The position numbers and the translations under genes are program-made. Shown here piece after piece: positions 40,407-52,700 of a DNA stretch of 64,000 nt. The notes below the pieces were generated by a model, which worked only from the letters and a program-made list of their open reading frames with translations, was not told the DNA's origin and did not search any database. Where the stretch lies: the NCBI GenBank assembly GCA_951406725.2, contig OX597823.1, positions 35,402,001 through 35,466,000 on the forward strand, written 5' to 3'. The DNA is from Octopus vulgaris (taxonomy: Eukaryota). Positions within the stretch are counted from its first letter, which is position 1. The number at the start of each line of letters is the position of its first letter.

Positions 40407-41421
40407 TGTTTTTGTATTTTTTCCCGATATTTTCCCCTTTTTGTGTATATTTTTTTGCGTGTATACTTGTAAGAAAATTTCTTTTTGCTATTTAAGTAAC
40501 CAGTAGAGCATACCTTTTTCAATTTGAGAACGGCTATTTGAAGCTTGAAACTCATACCAGAGTCACTCACTGTAAACATTATTATTAAAGTAAAAAATTG
40601 TCCTCAAAAAGCCATCTCTACTAATATTTTCAATTATGTAATATTGTACTAATAACTTTCTTTTTACTATTCTACTATATATATACATATATACCAGATT
40701 AAGCACATAAATTCGAAATAAGGTGGGAAAATAGTACTCGAATATCAGAGGGAGAGTAATGTGCTGTATTAGAAAGCAGCAAAATTATCACAAAAACTGT
40801 TACTCATAGTTTCACGTTCCTGCTCGTCGGGCAGTTTTGTTTAGAATGGAACAAAAATAAGGTTATATGCATAAATATACAATTAACTTGATAGATACAC
40901 TTTTGAAAATGGTTTTGTTTCATTGGTCCTTTCAACTAACAGTCTTTTCAATAACCGGTTTAAAATCATATTATTATAAGAATCGAAGAAAACCGTAAAT
41001 CAAAAATAGCTTATAAAGAAGGAAAAGGCCTGAATACGCAGGGTAAATAATTAGCTGTAAAATATTGATAAATTAATAAATTAAAAGATTTATCTGTTTA
41101 AAAAAAAATTCACGCTTGATTATATATACACTAAACATACAGACGCAGGTACATGGCTACATACATATACAGACATATATAAGCAAGACATAAATATATA
41201 CAAATGCGTATACATATATATATAAATATATGTATATAAATATTTACATATATACATACATACACATACATACATAAACAAGAATAAATATATACAAGTG
41301 CGTATATATACATATATAAATATGTGTATATAAATATTTACATATATACATACACATATATACATACATACATACACACACATATATACATACACACACA
41401 CACAGACACACACACACACAC

Positions 41422-41631
41422 CGCCATGTTGATTCGTTAGCTACTGCACGCATTTTTTTTCTCTCCTTCTTTCTGTGTTTTTCTCTCTCTGTGTATCTTT
41501 CTGTTGAAGAGCGTAGGCTCGAAACGTTAAAGACTTGTTTTATTTATATTTCCTGAGCGCCATACTAATACAATTGTTCGTTTGTTTTCCACCTGCCTTC
41601 GTCTTTTGTTTATTTTCATAAAGCTTCCCGT

Positions 41632-41632
<1 letters not shown>
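41422..41632 (+). mobile_element. Solo PLE pseudo-LTR
   Basis: Near-identical reverse complement of 18229-18440; ends in (TA)n. Confidence 0.85.
41496..41533 (+). ncRNA. Minimal hammerhead-like motif with CUGUUGA core
   Basis: tcttt-CTGTTGA-a-gagc gtag gctc-GAAA-cg-TT-aaaga. Confidence 0.5.
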
Positions 41633-41663
<31 letters not shown>

Positions 41664-42875
41664 CACACGTATGTGTATATGCACACACACATACATAATA
41701 TACATGCATACACATAAATATATAGACATATCTTCACATCAAGATAAATATATACATCATAACGTATATACACAAACTATTAAAAATAAAGACTGGTGTA
41801 TATAATATTAAAATGTTTAAATAAGGAAATTGTACATTAATTTGATATAACATAATTAAATGCGTGAGTAAACAATAAAAATAAATAAACTTCGGCGAAG
41901 CTTAAGCTTAAATTTGTAAAACAGTCGAAGGCTTTCTTAAAAGTGAAATCGAAATATGCACAAGCATTGTAATGCTAAATAACTATAACGTGTAAAGTTA
42001 ACTTCAAATGCGACAGTCAAAATTTTCCGAAAGTCAAAACATTTTACCCATACGGTATTTTATCGGTTAACATTTTAAACCGCGTGGCGTGCCTGCAGGA
42101 ATTTAAGAGCTCGCGTCTCTGGTTCAAAGCACGTTTATCCTGGAACAAAATGAAGAACTTTTCTGAGAGGCAAAGATTGCATTTCATATCTGTATGATGA
42201 TGCCTTTTCTAGAATTTCCCAGGTTACATTGAAAGGACGGGTGTCATTCTCTTTCAATTCCCAGACATGCTTTGCAAGACTACTTGCTGTCCTATCCTCG
42301 GAGTATCGGAAAGAATTTCTGTGGGAATAGAATCGAGTCTTGAATGAATTTTCCGAAGCCCCTGTGTATGTTATATATTCTTGCAAGCCTTCTACTTGCA
42401 CTTTGGCTCTATAAACTATTCCTTATTCATTTACCTTTCAACGGACAGCAAGTTATATCTTTGAAGTTGGAATTCTTCATTTTAGCTTCGGCACTGTTGT
42501 TGTTTGTAATAATTTTCGTGTTATGCTGGTTAATAAAAGAGATTTTGCAACAAGAATAGCTAACCTTCAGTGTTCTCCTATTAAATATTCTATAGAACTT
42601 ATGGCTAGATTGAAAATGCTTAGAAACTAATTAATATTTTAAAGCTAATTATTTACCGTAGGTATTCTGGCCTTTCCTTCCTATTTTTTTGATTTATGGT
42701 TTTCTTCGATTTTTATAATAATATGATTTTAAACCGCAGTTTGTTATTGGATGCAACCGGTTATTGAAAAGACCGTTAGTTGAGAGGGCCACTGAAACAA
42801 AACCATTTTCAAATGTGTATCTATCAAACTTATTGTATATTTTTCATATTACCTTATTTTTGTTCCAGTGTAAAC

Positions 42876-42921
42876 AAAACTGTCTGACGAACGGGAACGT
42901 GAAATTCCGAGTAACAGTTTT
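42876..42921 (+). ncRNA. Type I hammerhead ribozyme with canonical core
   Basis: aaaactgt-CTGACGA-acg ggaa cgt-GAAA-ttccgag-TA-acagtttt: 8-bp stem I, 3-bp stem II, GUA triplet; decayed copy at ~40794-40846 (-). Confidence 0.8.
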
Positions 42922-43009
42922 TGTAATATTTTTGCTGCTTTTTACTAAAGTATATATATATAGACATGCTAAATCATCTGCCAGAAACGGTAAATAGACA
43001 TACAATTTT

Positions 43010-44946
43010 TTACTTAATTTGATATTGTCAACCTATACACCAAAAGTTTCCTTAACTTTGGAATAACTACAATCCAATACTGGTTAGACACTCATCAATC
43101 TGAGCTTCCAACACGCATAGAAAAAGAATTTATCATTGATGGGCTCAGGTTCATACCTGAAAATAACTTTTTTTACCTTCAACCGTTCGGATTACGCTAA
43201 GCATCAGGAACTTGATGGGTACAAAAGCAGCCCCCACATACGCCTATTTAGTCATGGGATTTCCCGAACAAAAAAATCTGCAACCAATGTTTTTCTAATA
43301 TTCAGTGATACGTTCCATACACAACTCAGAAACAAGTGGAAAAGATACCTGGATGATTGCTTCATCTTATGGCAGGAAAACATTTCCAGTTCACAATGGA
43401 GTCTAACCCCAAAGAACTCGCCTTTCTGAATATCCTAATCACAAACCAAGATGGGAAAACAGAAACGGACATATTCTACAAGCCCACTGACTCCAGGCAG
43501 TGCCTTCTTTTTACACCATTTCACCCAAAACACACCAAACTCAACATTCCCTTCAACGTAGCAAAACTAATTTGTACCATAGTATCAGAATCATCTAAAC
43601 GTGATCAAAGACTAGAGGAAATGAAGGACACACTTATCTAAAGAGCTATCCCTCCTGACTAGTTACCAACAGAATAAACAAGGCGAAATAAATGGATATC
43701 AATGAACTAAGGAAAACAAAAATCAAAAGAAGAAATGTCTTACCATTCTTGTCAAACTTAAATCCCAGAAACACCGAAACATTTGATCACATTGACAAAA
43801 AATTCCCTATCTTATTTGCAGATGAAAAAGTGAGAAACATCTTCGAAAACAAGAAAATCTTTAAAAGCAAAAGGCAACCCAAAACACTAAAGCTCATTAT
43901 CACTGGGGCAAAGGGGCACAAAGAAACTCCTAACACAACTGTCACAAAATGCGGAAGAACAAAGGTGAGCTGGTAGAAACGTTATCACGCCGGGCGAAAT
44001 GTTTAGCGGTATTTCGTCTGTCTTATGTTCTGAGTTCAAATTCCGCCGAGGTCGACTTTGCCTTTCATCCTTTCGAGGTTAATAAATTAAATATCAGTTG
44101 CGTACTGGGGTTGATCTAATCGACTGGCCCCCTCTCCCAAAATTTCGGGCCTAGTAGAAAATAATAAACTGCGGCACTTGTTGTTACCTAATTGAGGGAC
44201 CAGAATTTAAATTTAAAGACGGCTAAACTTTCAAAGTTAAATAAAATTTCATCTGCAACACGGAAAACCTGATCTACGTAATCACATGCAATGGTTGTAA
44301 ACATAGTTACATAGGTCAGACGGGCGGATCGTTACGCAACAAAATGATGACCCATCGCCAACACATCCGAGACAAAAACACGAGGAAAATTCCTGTAAGC
44401 AGTCACATTGTAACCTGTGCAGGAATGGACTTACCCAATTTCAAAATTTTTCTGCTCTTCAAGTGTTCAGATTCTTTCAATCAACAACAAAGACACAACC
44501 ACTACCAACCAAGAAATAAGAACGGGCACTTAAAAACAATTTTATACATATTATCGTTTTGAAAAATACTTCACATCAGTTCTTTGATCTTTTTTCCAAT
44601 ATATACATATGCCCCCCCCCCACAAACACACACATACACAAAAAGAAAATATAGCAAAGAAACAGACACACAAAACATACACAAATGCACACACATATAC
44701 ACACACGTGCACACATACACACAAAAGAAAACATCGTAAAAAATACTCACACACACCTCACAAACACATACACATCTACACTCAGACACACAAAAGAAAT
44801 CATCCCAAAAACCACACACAAACAGACACACACAAACGCACACACATACACGTACACACAAAAGAAACATGAAAAAAAGACACACACATACGAAAAGCCC
44901 CCCTGGGCACACATACACATAAAAAAAACATGTCTGTACACACACG

Positions 44947-44988
<42 letters not shown>

Positions 44989-45620
44989 AACAAAACAAAA
45001 CATCACAAAAAGAACACACGCACACAAACACTTACACACATACACGCAAAAGAAAAACATCACAAAAACATGCACACACACATACAAACATGCACACAAA
45101 AGAAAACATCGCGAAAACACACACACACATACATACACACGGTTGGTGAGATGCAAATGAAAACATCATACATACACATACACACAGGTGGAAACACAAG
45201 AGAAAATATCAAACCCCAAAGAAAATCCTAATTCTTTCTCCAATAAGACATTCATCACAACATACACACCCATCAACACACAGCTAGTCACATTCCAAAC
45301 ATACTGAAAGGGCATTCAATATAATACACACACACACAGGTGGACATAAAACCCATTCAATAAATGCTTTTAAGCCCCTCCTTTGGCAGGAACCCACAGA
45401 GATCTTTTAAATAGACGAGACCTCCTCTTTTTCTCTATAATACCTGGAACTCTATTATACCAGACTATATTAAAAGAAGACTTCCACGAAAAAGAACTCC
45501 AGATATGTTTTTGACCCAAGAGAGAAGATAAACTGTTTTCACTTCAAATTTTTATAAATTTTTACTAATATTTGATAAGATAGGATTCATCAGCGAAACC
45601 AGTAATGTTCTATATTTTCT
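43010..45620 (+). mobile_element. PLE remnant: RT, GIY-YIG (to ~44530) and CA-rich 3' UTR
   Basis: DIVNLYT, MGTK.AP.YA, WKRYLDDCF, TDIFYKPTDS, HPKHTKLNIPF, SKRQPK.LK, IYVITCNGC..YIGQT. Confidence 0.85.
43965..44165 (+). mobile_element. SINE family A inserted in the PLE
   Basis: Same head and core as 13436-13647. Confidence 0.85.
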
Positions 45621-46249
45621 TTATATAATTTAAAAATTATCTTATGAAATTCTTTCTAAATCGAAATTTCTTAGATTTACTTCTGTGCCATTTCCATCTC
45701 CCATCTTTTATATGTAAACGTTTGATTTATATATATATCTAATCTTTTTCACACACACGCGTACACACACATATTCTACAATGGGTTTAAAATAACAAAA
45801 AATAATTTCAGACTTTAACATTTTTTTTTAATATTGTTGTATTTCAGTATGGCCATTTTTTTGCTTTTTTGCCAAATAAACCCACGCACTATATATTCGT
45901 TCTTCGCTCGTTTATTACTGATCTTATTTCAACTCATGTCCATTGTCTGGAAATCTTTCGTTACATATCTTTGACTTATTCAGTAACACTTTCCGTGTGT
46001 GCTACTGCAGAGTAATGTATTATACCAAAACAACTGTCTCAGGGGGCGGCAACAACTTGGTCTCTGCTCTACTTTTTTAAATTAGATTTCTAAACTTGAA
46101 TAGCTGGTCCATTGTTATTTCAAGTTCTATAACGTTGCTGCCCACCGCGGCTGAAAAAAACTCTGTTTCTTCTTGGTATCCTTCTGGTTCACATTTGTAT
46201 TTCCTTTTCCCATCTCGGGAAAGTCATTTTTTGAAGAAAGGTCGAATAC

Positions 46250-46483
46250 CTATTTCTTTACTATCCACAAGGAGCTAAACACATAGGGGACAAACAAGGA
46301 CAGACAAATGGATTGAGTCGATTACATCGACCCCAGTGCGTAACTGGTACATATTTAATCGACCCCGAAAGGATGAAAGGCAAAATCGACCTCGGCGGAA
46401 TTTGAACTCAGAACGTAGCCGCAGACGAAATACCGTAAAGCATTTCACCCGGCGTACTAACGTTTCTGCCAGCTCGTCGCCTT
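46250..46483 (-). mobile_element. SINE family A, full length, with TSD
   Basis: Flanked by agaaaggtcgaatacc at ~46235-46250 and ~46484-46499. Confidence 0.9.
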
Positions 46484-46784
46484 AGAAAGGTCGAATACCA
46501 CATCAAAACTTGTCACGAATGACAAGAAAAATTTTCATTAAAAATAACCCGTAAAGGGTAAAAAATAAACAGTTCACAAAAATATTTTGAATAAAAATTA
46601 ACAGAAATTTTCTACCCCGTAGTGCGCAAATTACTGTTTGCCAAAAGACAACAGTTCAAATTCATGTAAGGTATTTCACAGATGTTACAAATGTACAAGA
46701 AACAGACAGAAACGAACTCACATAACGCAGGGTAGCAAAATGAAGATAACGACGTGTCACAGAAGAAAAAAGGCATGGCTAGCT

Positions 46785-48677
46785 TAATTCATTATTACAG
46801 ACACAAGGGCTAAATAAAGAGGGGACATACACAGACATACCGGAACAAAAACACATGGAATAATGAATGTAAAATGAATTAAATTACTATGAAAATGAGA
46901 CAGTAATCTCGGTCTTGCTCCGAGATGAAACTGTGAACTTTTTTTTTCCATTTTAAACTATCATTTTAACTAAGAATTTCCAACCCCTCTTGGAGGCGAA
47001 ACTGTAACTTCCCTTTTCCTTTCCACCTTACATTAAAAAAAAAAAAAATTAAACACTTGTTCATTCATCAGTTGCAAAATTTATTTGTCAGGAGTTTCGC
47101 TGAACATACAGACTCGCAATAGCACAGACAGACAGATTCACAGACGCATCAACTCACAGACATACATATACACGGAAACGTAAAAGATAACACAGAGTTG
47201 CAGAATCCAAATAATACAAAACCTGAAAGCACAGAAATAAATAATTCATTTGCAAAATTCACCTGCCTTTCCATTTTTTTTTTCCATAAAAGTTCAAACA
47301 AATACTTCTCACAGTCACAGTCTCCACAAAATTACAACGACCCACCACCTCCGTCTCTCACAATGTCCCTCAACCTTCCAATAATCCCTCCTTTCGCTTG
47401 TGTTCTTCCTGTTGTCTCTTTTTGTTTCTATATTTCTGCTGTGTTATGATTTCTTGTAAATACGTCTGTCAATACTTCTTTGTGACTGTAAATCTGTGTG
47501 TTTCGTCTGTGTGTCGGTGTTTTGTGTATCTGCACTTCTGGGTTATCTTGTGTCTGTTTGCATTTCTGTTTTTCTGTATGTCTTCGTGCTTCTGCGTCTG
47601 TGAGTCTGACTGTTTGTGTAGTTGAACAGCTTTGTGTTTCCTTGGAGATGTTGATTTTTCTGTAACACTCTTCTTAGGCATTCCCACTGGTAAACTGTTT
47701 CTACTTGTCTTTCTTGGTTGGTTTCATTCTTCCTTTGCTTTATAATTCTTAGGTTCCATTGTCGGCAGAGACATTCTCCTTTCTCTTTTCTTCGCCTTAA
47801 CCTCCACAAATTCAATCTCCTGAGCCATTTTCTCCTCCTCTATTGTGTCTACAACTTCAATTAATATAGGGCACTTTCTTATTAAGTGCCCCCTCTCGTC
47901 GCATCCGTAACACTTTGGAGACCATCCAGTCATTATTATCTCCAATTTGTCTAGTTTGCAAGCTCTAATGTCTCTGGTATTTTCTCATAAACATTCTGAT
48001 TCATTATCCTGTTCACTTCTACCCCGTAGCTCCACCAATTCACACATTGGGTCCGGTTAAGCCTAATTCTCTCCATATCTCAGTAGCCTCCTCTTTCACT
48101 TCCTGTAAAGATTGCTGCTACTATCCATTCTGGTTCAGACCCCAGTGGGATTCTACCCACTGTAATTCTGACAACTCGTACTTCCTTACAACTGAGTATA
48201 AGTGTCCATTTCTCATCTTCTAAACACTCTATCGGTGTATTTTCTTGCATGTATTTCCGACGAAAATATTACCACCACAGTCGCAAAATTATTTTCTTTC
48301 TTGTAAAACCTCACTTCGTCTTAAGCATATTTCTCCACAATTTCTTCCACTTCCTTCCGTGGAGCATTTTTGAGTCTACAATTTTCATTCATCAAAGTTC
48401 TGAATGTCAACGTCCTATTTCTCTTTACAGCATTCTCCCACTCTGGAAGGAGCACCTTTACATTCGACCCATCCCTCTTAATCAAACTTCCACATTTCTG
48501 CACCAGCTCCGAGTCGGGAATAAATACATTCTGCTTCAGCATAACTCTTCATTTTCTCAACGACTCACAACCACCAAACGAATGGTGGCCTTTCACCAAA
48601 AAGAACCGCTGCACAGCAGCACACAAAAACATAGCCGTTCACACCAAAACTTTCGGCTGAAATGAAACACGTACCGG
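46785..48677 (-). mobile_element. ORF1-only element, copy 4, degraded
   Basis: KRDGSNVKVLLP...TLTFRTL; GWSPKCYGCDERGHLIRKC; VEVKAKKRERR; tail tgtcccctctttatttagcccttgtg. Confidence 0.8.
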
Positions 48678-48698
48678 AAAAGGAGAAATTTCGAATTA

Positions 48699-50554
48699 AT
48701 TTTAATCAAGCCATAAGGGCCAAATACAGAGGGGACATACACACATGCGGGGACAAGCAATACATGAAAAATGAATGAAAATGAATATAATTACAATGAA
48801 AATGAAACGGCCATCACGGCCCCGCTCCGAGATGAAACCGTGATTACCTTTTTTAAAAATTTTAACCAAAAGGTTTTTACGAGTCTTTTCACAGTCTTTA
48901 AAACAAATCATAACTTACCCCTTTATCTTATCTTTTATGTCAGCATAGTCCACCACCAAGGCGCGAGGTTCAATTTCCACCACTGGCCCCAGTAGATTCA
49001 CATCCGAAAGAAAAGCCTACTTCAATGCGCTGTACTTTACATCATCCATTATGATACACGTTGTGCTCTTGTAACCTTTTTCTAAGTTCACTTTTATTAT
49101 GCCTTTCAGTTTTGAAATTCTTCTCTCTAACTTTTTGGTTGTCCTATATGTCACAAGAAAGACCTTACTTCTGTGTATGTCTTGTATGTCTGTGCTTTAC
49201 GACTGTGACTCTGTGTTTTTCTGTTTCTGTAATTCTTCGTTATTCTGTGACTGTCTGTCTATGCTTCTCTGTGACTGTGTGTGTTGTGTGTTTGTGAGTC
49301 TGTAAATCTGCATGTTTCGTCTGTGTCTGTGTTTTTAGGTTCCTGTGACTCTGAGTTATCTTGTGTCTGTTTGCCTGTATTTCTGTGTGTCTACATGTCT
49401 GTGTGTTTATGTGTCTGTGGTTCTGAGTGTTTATGTGCTTGCAAGTCTTTGCTTTTGCTCGGTAATAAATTCTTATCTGTAGCATTTTCCACTGGTGATC
49501 CTGCTGGCGAACTTTTCCTGCTTTTCGTTGTAGGTTGGTTCACTTTTTCCTTGGCTTTGTATTTTTTCTGTTCCATTATCGTTGGTGATCTCCTTTCTCT
49601 TTTTCTTGATTTCACCTCCACAAAATCATCTTGTTCTGTTATCTGATTCTGCTTTTCCCCACCATTATATTATCCTGAATACTCTCCTCTACGACTTCCA
49701 CTGCTGCTCTAGGGCTTCTCTTTCTTAAGTTCCCCTTTCACCACAGCAGTGACACTTTGAGGGCCTCACTTCCAACATTATCTCCAGCTTTTCTTCATAT
49801 GGTAGCTCTAAAGTTTCAAGCATTCCGTCATATCACTTCTGGTTCATTGCACAAATTATCTCTATTCCGTAGCCCCTCACTTCTCTTGTTGGGTCCGGTT
49901 TATTATGCCCATGCTCCACTCTTCGCCGTTTCCCTCCCGATCTCCTAAAAAATCGCTGCTATTATCCACCCTGGATCTATCCACGGTGGGATTCTTCCCA
50001 CTCTAATTCTGACAATTCGTTTGTCCAAACAGTTTGGCAGCAATGTCCATTTCTCTCCCTGTATCATCATCGTGGAGGATTTTTCCGCCTCCTCTGATAC
50101 AAAGGTTACCACTATAGACGCATATCCCTTTCCTCTCATAAGGAACGCTATACTGTCTCCTATGAGTCTTTCCAAAATTTCTTCTATTTCTTCCTGCAGC
50201 GCGTCGTCAATTCTTCTATTTTTATTTGAAAATGTTCTGAATATTACAGTATTCTTTTCCATTTTCCCCTTTTCCACCTCTGGCGGGGTCAGTTTTATAT
50301 TTGACCTCTCCTTTTTTACCATTTTACAATATTTCATTATCAGCTCTCTATTGTACTGAAGCAATTCCGGTTTCAGCACACCCGAGCCAACGGAAACTCG
50401 ATCATCCGTAGCTTCGGCATAACTTCTCATTTCTCACAATTTATCACTTCCACCAAAACAATGGTGGTATCTCACAAAAATTGCTGCAAAGCAGCACCAA
50501 AAACAGCAGAACCGTTCACACCAAAACTTCCAGCAGAAATGAAACACTACCAAA
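48699..50554 (-). mobile_element. ORF1-only element, copy 5
   Basis: MRSYAEAT...KKERSNIKLTPP...RGKGYASIVVTF...IRVGRIPP; decayed knuckle at ~49720-49760; C-terminal domain; tail; flanked by a 21-bp direct repeat. Confidence 0.8.
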
Positions 50555-50575
50555 AAAAGGAGAAATTTCGAATTA

Positions 50576-51890
50576 TTTATATTTCGACCACAAGGGTCAA
50601 AAACAGAGGACAATACAAAATGGAATGCGGTGTCCAGGTAAGCGAATGGTATTTACATAATGAATTAAAAAATTTTACGAAAATATATCGAATGAGAGGA
50701 CGAACACAGTACAGTTATGACCCCGCAAGACGCGTTCCTCCACTGAAACCTTTTTGCTAACATTTTATGGACACACTCATGAACCATTCGTTCCCAACAA
50801 CAATACCACTTGCTTCCATCTTTTCTCATACGTATCCGATGACAGGTATCTCCTTTCTAGCCTTATTCTCTTTCATAGAAGGGAGATAAACCAGTTCACC
50901 AGACCTTGGCCAGAAATGAAGATACCTGTCACCATACCTTTCATCCTCGCTCTCCATATAACCTCTTTCGCTATACCAACTACAGTGAGAAAACAAACTT
51001 TACCCTCTTTGTTCAGCGGGGGCGGTGGAACAATCTTTATAACTGACTCGGACGACAGCTGTACTCTTCCAGCAGTCGTTCGACGAAAACCTACAGTTCT
51101 GAAATTCCCGAACATTGCAAGAATGCGTGCGGAACGGTTTCCTTGTACCACCCACATCTTGGGCAGTTGGGTGAACATGAGGCACCATGTCTTGCGAGTT
51201 TATCATGAACAGGTAGAGCTCCTCGGTAACATTGCCAGGCAAGGGACCTCTGGAAGTTGTCCAGGGGTCCTGGCCCGAATTTCCTCTGGAATAGGTTGGT
51301 TAGTTGACCTTTGTCGAAGTCCAGGGTTTACCCCCCCCAGCGTGTCGTCATACTTGGCCTCTACTATCTCTCTATAGAATGACGAGGTGGAACCCACGCT
51401 ACCAGCATTGCCCGTGCGGAGAGAAGAGCACAAGTGCCTTGCGACACTCGGCCTGCCAAGCACCCAGCTTTAGTCTACGTTTGATCCACTGTTCTAGTTC
51501 ACTAAAACTAGTGAACCTGGGAAGCAACATTTTGTCGAACAGAGACCACACCCGTTCAGCATCCAGGTTGAGCCAGAGATGCCTTAGCCTCAGCGCGTGC
51601 TTGCGCATCATCAACCACGGCATTCATAGCCCGCCCTTAGCGGTTGTTGGCAACAGATAGAGCGCCTTACAAGTGGACCGTTGCCCTTCCACAAAAAGTG
51701 GAAGACCTATCGTTCCATCTTGTTTAGTTACAAATCGGGGTAAGGCACGACGGTTAGGGGGTAGGTAATCACAGATGCGATGAACACATTTGCGACCTCC
51801 GCCCTCCCTTTCAGGTATAGCCACCACCCAGACCAGGTCTGGGTTAGATGGGCCACCCTATCCGTGATCTCGCTCCAATTTATCTATAAC
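50576..51890 (-). mobile_element. Tx1/L1-clade LINE: ORF2 3' part and 3' tail
   Basis: GGL.MPWLMMRKHALRLRHL, FLTVVGIAKEVIWRAR; short 3' UTR ending tgtcctctgtttttgacccttgtggtcgaaatataaa. Confidence 0.75.
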
Positions 51891-52700
51891 TGTAGGTTAT
51901 TGTTGTTGACAATGTATTCTGGAAACATGTTTTTATACCATCATTGATTTTTGTATTACAATATTTGTAATATGTTTTTAGATGTTACTGTTATTTTTCA
52001 CTTTCAGACTTAGTTAATCTAAAAGTAAATTAGACATGGTTAGAATATTTACTAACAGACGCATGTACACGTACCCTCAAACAAAAGAGTAAAACCTGTC
52101 AAAGCAGTTATAAAGCGTGAAATAATGATATATGTTTGTGCTTCTAATTTCAATGTATATTTTACGTTTTAAGTCTTGTTTCTTCTCGAATTATCATTGC
52201 CTGTGTTTTTTTCCTTTATCAGAAATATCCATTTTAAGAAGCACATAAGTTATAGCCACGGGTTATTATCCTCGCATCAATAAAATACAGACATACGAAG
52301 AAGGAAAGACACACAAACAAACAAACAAGAAACAAACGCATACACGCTAAACATTACAAAACCTAAAATTATATTTCTACAATGTAAAAATCAAAAATGT
52401 TAATAGAGCAAAACGTAAAAACTTAATGTTTCTTTTGTAAAAAAGAGAAAACGAACGTTCAGCAATTTCGAACGATTATTTGCATGGCATGTTAACTAAT
52501 ATAACGATAAAGTAATATATTACCTACAGCTGTAGAAACATCAGATAAACGGTTGAAATATAGTATTTTTTATGAGCATAAGTTAATGTTTGTTTTCTTA
52601 TACATGAACATATCTTATAGATATTTTTCATTATAAGATATGCGTTGCAAAATATATTGTTCACTGTCTTGCTTCCTTCTTGAAACCACACACACACACA

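Larger units (their letters stand above)
40690..42955 (-). mobile_element. PLE 3' part with GIY-YIG (~42070-42640), pseudo-LTR (~40690-41075) and inverted pseudo-LTR copy (~42630-42955)
   Basis: YTGASENSFKTRFYSHRNSF...SSLAKHVWELK...WEILEKA; 42633-42945 is the reverse complement of ~40765-41067. Confidence 0.85.
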
